42,379 nt of DNA from Sulfurovum sp. (GCA_015490315.1 WFYB01000090.1:1-42379), one strand, 5' to 3'; positions 8,805 through 18,416 are shown, numbered from the stretch's first letter. The notes: a model not told the origin generated them from the sequence alone. Numbers and translations are program-made.

Positions 8805-11800
8805 AACGCACGTATCAAAGACTCCTTTACTGGCCACTGCTCGCATTGCGCATCGTGATTTTACTTGTGATCTTTCTGACCTTGCTCTCGGGATTGCTGC
8901 TTTTTGTGATGAGCAACTCTACCTATGTCACACAGCAGTTTTTTGCTCAGATCGCACCGCAGTATAAGCTGCACTACAAAAAAATAGAGGGTAACCTCTA
9001 TACCGGTGTGACCCTGGAGGAGGTGCGGTTCGAAGATGCGCCTCTTGCCAAAAAGATTACGCTCAAATACAATCCCAACGCGTTGCTCTACAAAGAGCTT
9101 CAGATCACCCGCCTACAGATAAAGGATGCCAATGTCGATACCATTAAGGCCTTCATCGCAACCTTCCAAAATGATACACGAAACAAGAAAGAAGAGGCTA
9201 CAGAGGATATACCGCGCATTGGTTTAAGTATCAAAGCGAGAGACATCGAGCTCTCAACGCTTCCGTTTGTTGAGCACGGTATTGCAGTGGACAAAGCAGT
9301 GATCAAAGCAGAGAGTCTGGGGTTTGATCTGGATGCATACCGTAGTATTAAGGCTGACGGGGTAGAGGGAGAGATCGTGAGCAATCTGGGAAAGATCATT
9401 GTATCTGGAGCGCTTCACAACAGGGTCTTGAAACTCAAAGATCTGTCGCTGCTCGATATCGATAGTGAAACGATCCGGAAACTTCTGCAGAAAGATCATA
9501 TCGGATCACAGAAAAAAGTGCAATCACAAAGTGACACTGAAGTGCTTGCCCCTCCCTTTGATGAGGTGCTCATCGCTCATGGAAGAGCAACACTCAAGCC
9601 AACAGACTATCATGAGATCGCCATCAGGCAGATGGCACTGGATGCGAAGCGTTTGGATATTTTACTCAAAGCACCGGTATTGGCAAAATTAGGCACCCTC
9701 TCTCTTGACCTTTCTACCGATATTGCAGAAGGGAATTACCAAGGCAGGATAACGGATAACGTACTGATCGGAAAAGTGTTACTCAAGCCTCACAATGCGC
9801 TCTACAAAAAGTATGCACTTCCGCTGCGTTCAAACGCGATCGAAAGAATCACAGCGGATATCAATGCAAGCCAAGAGAGGATCACAGCCCTGATCACCAC
9901 ACGTGCGAAACAGCTGCTCAAGGTAAAGCAGGGTGAGTTGAATCTGGATATTGACCGGCTGCACTCCAAACTTATCTATGAGCTATCAAGCGGTGTGTTG
10001 AGGGCAGAGAGTGAAGCACGTGTGGATACGCCTTATGCAAAAGCGATCCATATCGACAATGCACTTTACTATGACGGCAATCTTAGCTACAGCGGTGAAC
10101 TCATAGCCAAAAATATAGAGCAGATCGATCCAAGGCTACGTAGTCTGCTTGAAGCACTGCACCTGCGCTACAAAGGTACATCCAAATCACTGCACACCCG
10201 GCTTGAAAGCAAGTATCTTAAGGGGAGGCTTGATTCTGATGATCTTTTGCATGGTACGCTGCATCTGGAGAACAAAAAGGCGATCAAAGTCTCTTCTTTG
10301 ATATCCCTGCCGGCTGAACTCAACAGCTCGGTGATACACCATCTGCAAGTCGATGCCCCGGTCAATTTCAAAGCCCCCATGCAGACAGCACCGCATATTC
10401 TACTCAATTCGGATCTCATTCATGCGGATCTGAGTGGAAGCTATGACAAGGATATGAAGCTGCAGTGGATACTTACTGTACCCAAGAGGGCATTGCTTCG
10501 AGCGTACCAGCCTCGTATCAGATGGGAAAACCTAAGTCCTTTGAAAATCGACGGTACGCTGGATGCAAAGCGTGTGCTCTTAAACATAGGCAGCAAGGTG
10601 CTAAAGGGAAGTGTGCGTTATGGATTGAAGCAGGGGGGAGTGGATGCGAAGGCAGATATCAACGGTTTGAAGCTCACTGCCAAAGGTAAGCTTCAGGAGA
10701 AAGTCACGATCAGTACAAAGATCAGTTCGATAAAAGCTTTTGATCATACGATACAAGGACTATATAGACTGGATACAGCGTTGCCGCCTATAGAAGGGAG
10801 TATCTCTATCGATGCTGCAATAACCCGGATGAAAGATGCTGTTTTGACACTCAAATCCCCCAAACTTCTCTATGTGCCTAAGCGAGGTAAAAAACAGCGT
10901 ATAGATGACATCGCACTACAGATGAGTCTGAAGGACTCCGAACTCACCATCCCATCGTATCGACTGACCTATAACAAACAGAAGTTTTTTGCGACTAAGC
11001 CATCCAGAGTTCTCTTCAAAGAGACGCAGATCACGCTGCCTGCATTTTGGGTCAATGATACACTTAAGGTCAGTGGAGCGTATGATCTGAAGAAGCAAGC
11101 CGGAGCAGTGGTAGCCAAGGCTGACCGCTTTCATATCAAAGATGCAGTAGCGGATATCTATACAAAGATCAATATTGAAGCGCTATTCAAAGGTATCGAT
11201 ACCACAGTCAAAGGCAAGATTACACTTCTTGGCGGCAGCGTATCCCCGGATGTGCAGGGCAAAAGCTTTGCAACAGACAGTGATATTATTATCCTGCAGG
11301 AGATGAAGAAACAAAACCAGAGCAGTTTTATGGAGCACTTGAGTGTGATGCTTCAGGTAGATGCCCAAGTACCGATCGTATTTAAGCAGCCTGATACCTA
11401 TGTGCGGCTCAAACCCGACTTGACGATCCTGAAAGAGCCGGGCGGAAAACTGTTATATCTTGGTCAGGTAGAGCTTTTAGAGGGAGGATATTACCGTTTT
11501 CAGGATAAGAAATTTGTATTGAAAAAGAGTTACGTCTATTTTACCGGAGATGTCAATAAGCCGCTGCTTGATATCAAGGCGACCTATCAGTCACTCAAAT
11601 ATCTCATCACTATCACAGTGACAGGTACGCCTGCTGCACCCAATATCAATTTCAGTTCCTCCCCTTCACTAACCCGGGAGCAGATACTCTCAGTGATTCT
11701 CTTTGATTCTGAAGAGGGAGGAGATACCCACAGCGGCGATGAGATGATGCGTATGATGGGAGGTGCGATGGCAAAGGCGGCTCTCTCCGATCTTGGGGTC

Positions 11801-12001
11801 AAGGTCGATCATCTTGTCTTTGGGGAGAACGGCAGTATAGAGGTGGGGAAGAAACTTACCAAAAAGATCACAGTCATCTATATCAACGGAGATGAGCCGC
11901 AGATCAAACTCAAATACAAACATGGCAAGCATACGGAAAGTGTCATAGGTGTAAGTCAAAAATCGGAGTCCTATGACATTATCTATAAGGGAGATTTTTA
12001 G
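8801..12001 (+). CDS. tamB: Translocation and assembly module TamB (DUF490) protein
   Basis: N-terminal TM anchor, long beta-rich body and a C-terminal DUF490-like region (FTGDVNKPLLDI, VTGTPAAPNINFSSSPSLTREQILSVILF, EVGKKLT). Overlaps tamA. Confidence 0.85.
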   Translation: MKRTYQRLLYWPLLALRIVILLVIFLTLLSGLLLFVMSNSTYVTQQFFAQIAPQYKLHYKKIEGNLYTGVTLEEVRFEDAPLAKKITLKYNPNALLYKELQITRLQIKDANVDTIKAFIATFQNDTRNKKEEATEDIPRIGLSIKARDIELSTLPFVEHGIAVDKAVIKAESLGFDLDAYRSIKADGVEGEIVSNLGKIIVSGALHNRVLKLKDLSLLDIDSETIRKLLQKDHIGSQKKVQSQSDTEVLAPPFDEVLIAHGRATLKPTDYHEIAIRQMALDAKRLDILLKAPVLAKLGTLSLDLSTDIAEGNYQGRITDNVLIGKVLLKPHNALYKKYALPLRSNAIERITADINASQERITALITTRAKQLLKVKQGELNLDIDRLHSKLIYELSSGVLRAESEARVDTPYAKAIHIDNALYYDGNLSYSGELIAKNIEQIDPRLRSLLEALHLRYKGTSKSLHTRLESKYLKGRLDSDDLLHGTLHLENKKAIKVSSLISLPAELNSSVIHHLQVDAPVNFKAPMQTAPHILLNSDLIHADLSGSYDKDMKLQWILTVPKRALLRAYQPRIRWENLSPLKIDGTLDAKRVLLNIGSKVLKGSVRYGLKQGGVDAKADINGLKLTAKGKLQEKVTISTKISSIKAFDHTIQGLYRLDTALPPIEGSISIDAAITRMKDAVLTLKSPKLLYVPKRGKKQRIDDIALQMSLKDSELTIPSYRLTYNKQKFFATKPSRVLFKETQITLPAFWVNDTLKVSGAYDLKKQAGAVVAKADRFHIKDAVADIYTKINIEALFKGIDTTVKGKITLLGGSVSPDVQGKSFATDSDIIILQEMKKQNQSSFMEHLSVMLQVDAQVPIVFKQPDTYVRLKPDLTILKEPGGKLLYLGQVELLEGGYYRFQDKKFVLKKSYVYFTGDVNKPLLDIKATYQSLKYLITITVTGTPAAPNINFSSSPSLTREQILSVILFDSEEGGDTHSGDEMMRMMGGAMAKAALSDLGVKVDHLVFGENGSIEVGKKLTKKITVIYINGDEPQIKLKYKHGKHTESVIGVSQKSESYDIIYKGDF

Positions 12002-12009
12002 AGGTTTTC

Positions 12010-13149
12010 TCAAGAGAGACGGTTCTTGAAATCCTCATAACCAAACTCCCGCACCACTTTAGCAGTGCCGTCACTGTGTTGGATCGCTATATCGGGCAGT
12101 TTGATGCCGTTGAAGGTAGTTGCTTTGACCATCGTATAGTGCATCTGGTCTTCAAAAATAATCTTATCACCTATTTGAAGCGGCGTATCAAAACTGTAGT
12201 CTCCCATCACATCCCCGGCAAGGCAGGTATTGCCTGCAAGACGGTAGGTGTAGGGTTTCACTCCTGCTTCGGCAGCTCCTCTGACTTCGGCACGGTAAGG
12301 CATGATGATGGTGTCGGGCATGTGGGCTTCTGCTGAGGTATCGAGTATCGCAATATCGATACCGTTGTGGACGATATCGAGTACGGTTGCCTGAAGGTAG
12401 CCGGTCTCCCACCCCACTGCTTCACCCGGTTCGAGATAGACTTCGACACCGTATTTTCCCCTGAAAGTTTTGATGAGTGCAATGAGTTTGTCCGTATCGT
12501 ATCCTTTTTTGGTGATATGGTGTCCACCGCCAAAGTTAACCCACTTCATCTGAGCAAGGTATCTGCCAAACCTCTCTTCGATATGCCCCAGTACATTTTC
12601 GAGTGCATCGGCACCCTGTTCGCAGAGTGCATGAAAGTGCAGTCCATCAAGCATCGGCAAAAGGGATTCATCAAAGTTCTTTGCAGTAGTACCAAGTCTG
12701 GAGTAGAGCCCGCAGGGGTTGTAGAGTTCGGCAGGAGATTCGGAATATTCGGGATTGATACGTAGACCCAGTGAGAGTGTAGGGTTGTATTCTTTTGCGA
12801 TGGAGGCAAAGCGTTTGAACTGAGCCGGAGAGTTAAAAACCATATGGTGAGAGAGACGTGCAATCTCTTCTATCTCACTCTCCTTGAAAGCGGGTGCATA
12901 GGTATGCACCTCTTTGCCGAATGTTTCTGATGCCAGTTTGGCTTCATGCAGTCCGCTGGCACAGCAGCCGTTGAGATAAGGCTTTGCAAGCCCAAAGCTC
13001 TTCCATAGGGCATACCCTTTGAGGGCGAGAAGGATTTTTGCACCGCTTTGATTTCTGATCCTGTCCAAGATCTGGAGGTTATGAAGGAGGCGTTCCTCTT
13101 CAAGAACCCAGCAAGGAGAGGGCAAGGTGGGATTGGTTATTATATTCAT
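12010..13149 (-). CDS. nspC: Carboxynorspermidine/carboxyspermidine decarboxylase
   Basis: LLALKG (PLP Lys), ASGLHEAKL, LRINPE, GLHFHALCEQ, NFGGGHHIT, LEPGEA, CLAGD and HYTMVKATTFNG. Start moved to ATG 13149 (MNIITNP). Confidence 0.93.
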   Translation of the reverse strand: MNIITNPTLPSPCWVLEEERLLHNLQILDRIRNQSGAKILLALKGYALWKSFGLAKPYLNGCCASGLHEAKLASETFGKEVHTYAPAFKESEIEEIARLSHHMVFNSPAQFKRFASIAKEYNPTLSLGLRINPEYSESPAELYNPCGLYSRLGTTAKNFDESLLPMLDGLHFHALCEQGADALENVLGHIEERFGRYLAQMKWVNFGGGHHITKKGYDTDKLIALIKTFRGKYGVEVYLEPGEAVGWETGYLQATVLDIVHNGIDIAILDTSAEAHMPDTIIMPYRAEVRGAAEAGVKPYTYRLAGNTCLAGDVMGDYSFDTPLQIGDKIIFEDQMHYTMVKATTFNGIKLPDIAIQHSDGTAKVVREFGYEDFKNRLS

Positions 13150-13156
13150 ACTATAG

Positions 13157-13165
13157 ATTATAACA
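13157..13165 (-). promoter_or_regulatory. Extended -10 promoter (TGTTATAAT) for nspC
   Basis: The reverse complement of attataaca is a perfect TGnTATAAT. 7 nt separate the hexamer from the nspC ATG. Confidence 0.6.
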
Positions 13166-13181
13166 GAGTAGGGGTAAAAAA

Positions 13182-13661
13182 ATGGAGAAGAAAGAACAGT
13201 TGACACGCAGACCTCATTTGCGATTCAATGAGAGAGAGATACAGCTTGCTTTGACTATGCTTGAGAAGCTCGAAAGAACGATAGATGTTCTTTATTATCT
13301 GATGGAGCGTGAAAATGAGCGCCCTTTTGTGATGGTAATGGTTTCTGCCGAATCATTTGACATGGAAGCGCTGTTGAAGAGCCAGAAGCGGGATACTGAC
13401 CTGCTTTATGAGATCGACAAAAGTGACAATATATATGTGGTTATCTGCCAGGAGACCAAAGTAGACGGAGGATACCGTTTTGCCCAGCGGCTGATGAAAA
13501 ATATGTCTCTCGATGATGCTGAGCATATGTACTGTATAGAGCTCGAGGTACGTTCGCCAAAATATGAGATCAAAGAGGTGATCTTCAAGCTGGTGGAAAC
13601 CTATGTACAGGCAAAGCAGGAGCAGCGTGAAGCGGAGATCATTTTCCGAAGTCTCTATTAA
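13182..13661 (+). CDS. Degenerate GGDEF-like (nucleotide cyclase fold) protein
   Basis: RDTDLLYEIDKSDNIYVVICQETKVDGGYRFAQRL follows the GGDEF core pattern RxxD-x5-GGEEF-xILLPxT...A..+A+Rl but lacks GG(D/E)EF. Confidence 0.55.
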   Translation: MEKKEQLTRRPHLRFNEREIQLALTMLEKLERTIDVLYYLMERENERPFVMVMVSAESFDMEALLKSQKRDTDLLYEIDKSDNIYVVICQETKVDGGYRFAQRLMKNMSLDDAEHMYCIELEVRSPKYEIKEVIFKLVETYVQAKQEQREAEIIFRSLY

Positions 13662-13742
13662 AAGAGAGCTTTAAGGCGCATTTGGATAAAATCCCGTCCA
13701 AACTACCTCTACAGAAGGTAAAAAACTATACGGAGACTGGGA

Positions 13743-13877
13743 ATGAAAAGAACATACCAACCACATAATACACCAAGAAAAAGAACACACGGTTTCAGAA
13801 CAAGAATGAAAACAAAGAACGGTAGAAAAGTGATCGCTGCAAGAAGAGCAAAAGGCAGAAAGAGATTGGCAGTATAA
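13743..13877 (+). CDS. rpmH: 50S ribosomal protein L34 (not in the ORF track; 44 aa)
   Basis: Manual translation: [51 protein letters not shown] upstream. Confidence 0.98.
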   Translation: MKRTYQPHNTPRKRTHGFRTRMKTKNGRKVIAARRAKGRKRLAV

Positions 13878-13896
13878 GTGCCGGCGGTACAGAGCT

Positions 13897-14241
13897 ATCA
13901 GCAAGATTAAACATTTTACACGGATAAAGACAAGTAAAGAGTTTAACAGGGTATACAATCACCCTACAAAGATCTGGCACACTCCCTACTTCGTACTCTT
14001 TTACCAAAAGAATGAGAGCTATACGGTAGGGTTCGTCGCCAGTAAAAAAATTGGTAATGCAGTGCATAGAAATAGAGCAAAGCGTTTACTCAGAGCACAC
14101 TTTATCGAAAATATAGATTTTCTCAAAGAGGGTTCCTATGTTTTGGTAGCCAAGCCAGCTCTTGGTAATCAGGATTATTCAGAGATCCGACGATCCTATC
14201 TTCATGCCCTTAAAAAGTGCACTGCATTCAAACACATTTAA
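13897..14241 (+). CDS. rnpA: Ribonuclease P protein component (not in the ORF track; start codon non-canonical or uncertain)
   Basis: Manual translation includes RIKTSKEFNRVY...VGFVASKKIGNAVHRNRAKRLLR (RNR motif) and ends at TAA 14239-14241. It lies between rpmH and yidC. No in-frame ATG/GTG/TTG at the 5' end, so 13897 (ATC) is only a tentative start. Confidence 0.9.
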   Translation: MSKIKHFTRIKTSKEFNRVYNHPTKIWHTPYFVLFYQKNESYTVGFVASKKIGNAVHRNRAKRLLRAHFIENIDFLKEGSYVLVAKPALGNQDYSEIRRSYLHALKKCTAFKHI

Positions 14242-14297
14242 TCCATATCACACTATACTATTTTGACTTAAAACAGTATTTATTAAAGGCAGTTACT

Positions 14298-15908
14298 TTG
14301 GAACAACAAGATTTAAACAAACGGCTTCTTCTCGCACTTGCACTCTCCTTTCTGGTCTTTATAGGCTATAGCTATCTTTTCCCGACTCCACAGAAACAGA
14401 CAGCGCAGCAGACTGCAACGAAACAAAGCCAAACAGCCGCTGCCAAAAGTGCTCCGTCACAGACTCAGGAAGCCACAGGTGCTCCGACAGTACAGAGTGA
14501 AGACAGCGCCGCTCCGGTACAGAGCGATATGAAAGCACTTGCAACGATCAAATCAAAAAGATATATCATCACTGTGGACGAGCTGGGACGCATCGCACGT
14601 ATGGAACTGCTTGAAGCGAAGTACAAGGATGACAAAGGCAACAATCTGCAGATCATCGATCCCACCAAGGTGAAGCCGCTTGAGATTCGTTTTGCTGATC
14701 CGAAGATCAACGAAGAAGCATTTCATACGCCATATGTCAACAAGGGTATAAGCGAGGTTGAAGTCTCCAACAGTAATCACACATTGACTTTGGAGCAAAA
14801 GCTCAGCGGGTTGACGGTAACCAAGAAGATCACTTTTGAGCCAAACGGTGCTTACAGTGTCGATATCGAGACCTCAAAGCCGGTGAAATACTTCATAACA
14901 CCGGGATACCGCCCAGTGGCAGACCACTCTATGTATATGTTGGTACGCGGTGTTTTGGTCAAGGGCGCAGATGGTGTCATCACAACCATTGAAGATGGTG
15001 ATGCCAAAGGTGATGAAACGTTCAAGCAAGCGAAGCTGGTCTCGGCATTTGACAGATATCATGCGACCCTCTTCTATGATTTTGATAAAGGAATGGATGT
15101 CAGTATTGTGAAAGTAGGTGAGGGTGACCCACTGGCATTTGTCAGTGCAGAAGGTGCCTCGCATATCAATGCCTATATCGGTCCCAAAGAGTACAAAGTA
15201 CTTACATCCATTCATCCTGAGCTTGAAGATGCTATAGAGTTTGGATGGTTTACCTTCCTTGCCAAACCTTTCTTCAAGATCTTGCACTGGATCCATGACC
15301 ATGTGGGCAACTGGGGATGGGCGATAATACTCTTTACTATTCTTGTCAAGCTGGTACTTTTCCCTCTTTCTTATAAGGGTATGATGTCTATGCAGAAGCT
15401 CAAAGATCTCGCACCGAAGATGAAGGAGCTTAGAGAGAAGTATAAAGGCGATCCTGCCAAGCTCAATATGAAGATGATGGAGATGTACAAGAAACATGGA
15501 GCCAACCCTATGGGGGGATGTCTGCCGATGATCCTTCAGATCCCTGTCTTCTTCGCCCTCTATCGTGTACTGCTCAATGCGGTTGAACTGCAGGGTGCAC
15601 CGTGGATCTTGTGGATACAGGATCTTTCAAAGATGGATCCCTACTATGTGCTGCCTGTGCTGATGGGAGCATCTATGTGGTTCCAGCAAAAGATCACACC
15701 GAGCAACTTTACCGATCCAATGCAGGAGAAGATATTCAAATGGTTCCCTGTGATTATGACGGTATTCTTTGTGACATTCCCTGCCGGACTTGTGCTATAC
15801 TGGTTGACGAACAATGTACTGACTATTGCACAGCAGTACTATATCAATCACATGTATGATAAGTATAAAAAGCAGGCGGCATTAGCGGCGGATAAAAAGG
15901 ATAAGTAA
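14298..15908 (+). CDS. yidC: Membrane protein insertase YidC
   Basis: N-terminal TM, periplasmic domain, GNWGWAIILFT, PMGGCLPMILQIPVFFALY, WIQDLS..DP and GLVLYW. Start set at TTG 14298 after AAAGG. Confidence 0.96.
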   Translation: MEQQDLNKRLLLALALSFLVFIGYSYLFPTPQKQTAQQTATKQSQTAAAKSAPSQTQEATGAPTVQSEDSAAPVQSDMKALATIKSKRYIITVDELGRIARMELLEAKYKDDKGNNLQIIDPTKVKPLEIRFADPKINEEAFHTPYVNKGISEVEVSNSNHTLTLEQKLSGLTVTKKITFEPNGAYSVDIETSKPVKYFITPGYRPVADHSMYMLVRGVLVKGADGVITTIEDGDAKGDETFKQAKLVSAFDRYHATLFYDFDKGMDVSIVKVGEGDPLAFVSAEGASHINAYIGPKEYKVLTSIHPELEDAIEFGWFTFLAKPFFKILHWIHDHVGNWGWAIILFTILVKLVLFPLSYKGMMSMQKLKDLAPKMKELREKYKGDPAKLNMKMMEMYKKHGANPMGGCLPMILQIPVFFALYRVLLNAVELQGAPWILWIQDLSKMDPYYVLPVLMGASMWFQQKITPSNFTDPMQEKIFKWFPVIMTVFFVTFPAGLVLYWLTNNVLTIAQQYYINHMYDKYKKQAALAADKKDK

Positions 15909-16753
15909 TGACGAAGGTTGAAGCACCGACGCTTGAGGAGGCCTACACCAAGGCAGCGCAGGCGTTAGAATGTTCTATTTCTGAACTTCAGTATGAAGTT
16001 GTGCAACACCCATCCAACGGTATTTTCGGACTCTTTAAAAAACCTGCAGTTATCGTAGCTACCTGTAAGAGCACTCCCTCGAGAACAAGAAAAGCAAAAG
16101 CTGAATCAGTAGAGCCCACGATCGAGGAGAGTGCAGCTGAAGAGATCATAGCAAGTGTCAAAGAGGCAACTGTTTCAGAGCCTGTAGTTACGCCTGATCA
16201 GGAACAACCTGCAAAGATAGAAGAGGATGCGATCGTCAACAGCTTCTTTGAAGAGGCGGGTGACGATAGCGAAGAGAGTGTGATCTATGATGAACTTGCA
16301 CTGCTCATAGAGACAGAACTCAAGAACCTTATGGCACTCTCCTGTTTTGATATCGATGTGGTCGAAGTAGATGTCCGTGACAATACGGCATTGATCTTTA
16401 TCGACGGTGAGGATGCTGCGCTGCTTATAGGCAAAGAGGGATACCGTTACAACGCACTCTCCTATATGCTTTTTAATTGGCTGCATACCAAGTATGAACT
16501 CTATATCAAGCTTGAGATCGCAGAATTTTTGACAACACAGCAGGAGATGATCCGAAACTATATCAAGCCTGTTATAGAGAATGTTGAGAAGTTCGGCAAA
16601 GGGAAGACGCGCTATCTTGACGGTATATTGGTACAGATCGCACTCGAACAGCTCAGAGAAGCATTCCCTGACAAATATGTTGCAGTCAAAACAGCCAGAG
16701 ACGGTGGGAAATTTGTTGTGATCAACGATTTCAACAAAAAGAGTCATGGCTGA
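15908..16753 (+). CDS. jag: Jag/EloR (KhpB)-family RNA-binding protein
   Basis: Jag-N (APTLEEA...GIFGLFKK), KH motif LLIGKEG, degenerate R3H-like C-terminus and position between yidC and mnmE. Confidence 0.85.
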   Translation: MTKVEAPTLEEAYTKAAQALECSISELQYEVVQHPSNGIFGLFKKPAVIVATCKSTPSRTRKAKAESVEPTIEESAAEEIIASVKEATVSEPVVTPDQEQPAKIEEDAIVNSFFEEAGDDSEESVIYDELALLIETELKNLMALSCFDIDVVEVDVRDNTALIFIDGEDAALLIGKEGYRYNALSYMLFNWLHTKYELYIKLEIAEFLTTQQEMIRNYIKPVIENVEKFGKGKTRYLDGILVQIALEQLREAFPDKYVAVKTARDGGKFVVINDFNKKSHG

Positions 16754-18086
16754 TACCATAGCGGCGATCGCCACGGCACCCGGTGTCGCTTCTATATCCA
16801 TTATCCGCCTTAGCGGCGAAGCGGCGGTTTCGATTGCTCAGAAGATCTCGAAACGTGAAACGATCACTCCCCGACATGCCCATCTTACCTCTCTTTACAA
16901 TGCGGACAATGCGCTGATAGATCATGCGATCATGATCTATTTTGCCGCTCCACACAGCTTTACCGGAGAGGAGATCGTAGAGTTCCAATGTCACGGCGGG
17001 ATGATCGTCGCCCAAGAGATACTCGATACAGCCTTGTCGTACGGCGCAAGACTCGCAACACCGGGTGAGTTCTCCAAGCGGGCATTCCTTAACGGCAAGA
17101 TCGACCTGAGTGAAGCTGAAGCGATCTCCAAGCTGATCGAAGCCAAGAGTGTAGATGCGGCGAAGATACTGGCACGACAAATGAAAGGGGAGCTCAAGGT
17201 ATTCGTCGATGAGACACGCGAAGCGCTGTTGCGCTCTCTGGCATACTCTGAAGTGATGATCGACTATGCCGAAGAGGATATCCCTGATGATATTATGCAG
17301 AGTATCGTGTCACAGCTCGACAACATCACAGAACAGATAGAGAAGATCGTCGATGCGTCACATCGCAGAAGAGGATTGATCGAGGGGTTCAAAGTCGCAA
17401 TTATCGGCAAGCCTAATGTCGGCAAAAGCTCTCTGCTCAATGCCCTGCTGAGTTATGAAAGAGCGATCGTGAGTGACATCGCAGGTACGACACGTGATAC
17501 CATCGAAGAGCAGGTGCGTATAGGGTCACACATCATACGTCTTGTGGACACAGCAGGGATCAGGGAGTCTGATGATACGATAGAGAAGATCGGGATCGAG
17601 CGTTCCCTCTCTTCGGTTGAGGATGCCGATGTGATCATCGCACTTTTTGACGGCAGCAGAGCCTTTGATGAAGAGGATGCCAAGATATACTCTATTATCG
17701 AGAGTGTAGAGGGGAAGCATGTGATCGCAGCAATCAACAAAACGGACCTTCCTCTGAAGTTTCAAAAAGAGAAGCTGGGGTCATTTGATCCGGTAGAGGT
17801 AAGTGCGAAAAAGGGCTTTGTCCGTTTGACAGAGCGTCTTGAAAAACTACTGGATGCAGTGGGTGAAGGTGATGATCTGATGTTGATCTCGGCACGGCAG
17901 ATCGAAGCGGTCAATCGCGCCAAAGAGGCGATCATGCAGGCAAAAGCACCGTTACAAGAGGGGGCTTTGGAGTTCTTCTCCTACCATTTGCAAGAGGCTG
18001 TCAAAGCGATCTCCTCTATCTCAAAACCCTATGACAGCGAAGAGATACTCGACAAAATGTTCGGGGAATTTTGTCTGGGCAAATAG
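16746..18086 (+). CDS. mnmE: tRNA modification GTPase MnmE (TrmE)
   Basis: DTIAAIAT, PHSFTGE, HGG, GKPNVGKSS, GTTRD, DTAGIR, NKTD and C-terminal FCLGK. Confidence 0.97.
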   Translation: MADTIAAIATAPGVASISIIRLSGEAAVSIAQKISKRETITPRHAHLTSLYNADNALIDHAIMIYFAAPHSFTGEEIVEFQCHGGMIVAQEILDTALSYGARLATPGEFSKRAFLNGKIDLSEAEAISKLIEAKSVDAAKILARQMKGELKVFVDETREALLRSLAYSEVMIDYAEEDIPDDIMQSIVSQLDNITEQIEKIVDASHRRRGLIEGFKVAIIGKPNVGKSSLLNALLSYERAIVSDIAGTTRDTIEEQVRIGSHIIRLVDTAGIRESDDTIEKIGIERSLSSVEDADVIIALFDGSRAFDEEDAKIYSIIESVEGKHVIAAINKTDLPLKFQKEKLGSFDPVEVSAKKGFVRLTERLEKLLDAVGEGDDLMLISARQIEAVNRAKEAIMQAKAPLQEGALEFFSYHLQEAVKAISSISKPYDSEEILDKMFGEFCLGK

Positions 18087-18095
18087 GAGTGGCGG

Positions 18096-18416
18096 ATGAA
18101 GTATGAAGATATTGAACTCTATGCATTGATCGGGCTCTTTATCTTTACCGTATGGTTTATTGTCAATACGATCAAGTACTACTATGGTGAAAAACGCAAG
18201 ATCAGGCATCTGCACCGTTTTGCAAAAGAGGGAGAGGCAGATGCCCAATACACACTTGCCAAACGGTATCAAAAAGGGGATATGGTGAAGAAAAGCTGCC
18301 AGAATGCCGCATTTTGGTACCAAAAAGCCGCACTTTCCGGAGATGAAAAAGCCAAAAGCCATCTCCAGACTTTCCTTGAGAAACACCGCAGCGGAAGAGA
18401 GAAAGATAAATGTTAA
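18096..18416 (+). CDS. Small membrane-anchored Sel1-repeat protein
   Basis: N-terminal TM helix, then AKEGEADAQYTLAKRYQKGDMV...AAFWYQKAALSG (Sel1-like repeat). Confidence 0.8.
   Translation: MKYEDIELYALIGLFIFTVWFIVNTIKYYYGEKRKIRHLHRFAKEGEADAQYTLAKRYQKGDMVKKSCQNAAFWYQKAALSGDEKAKSHLQTFLEKHRSGREKDKC

Noticed and set aside
13671-14067. Minus-strand ORFs 13671-13958 and 13795-14067
   Set aside because: They are antisense to rpmH and rnpA, which explain the region.
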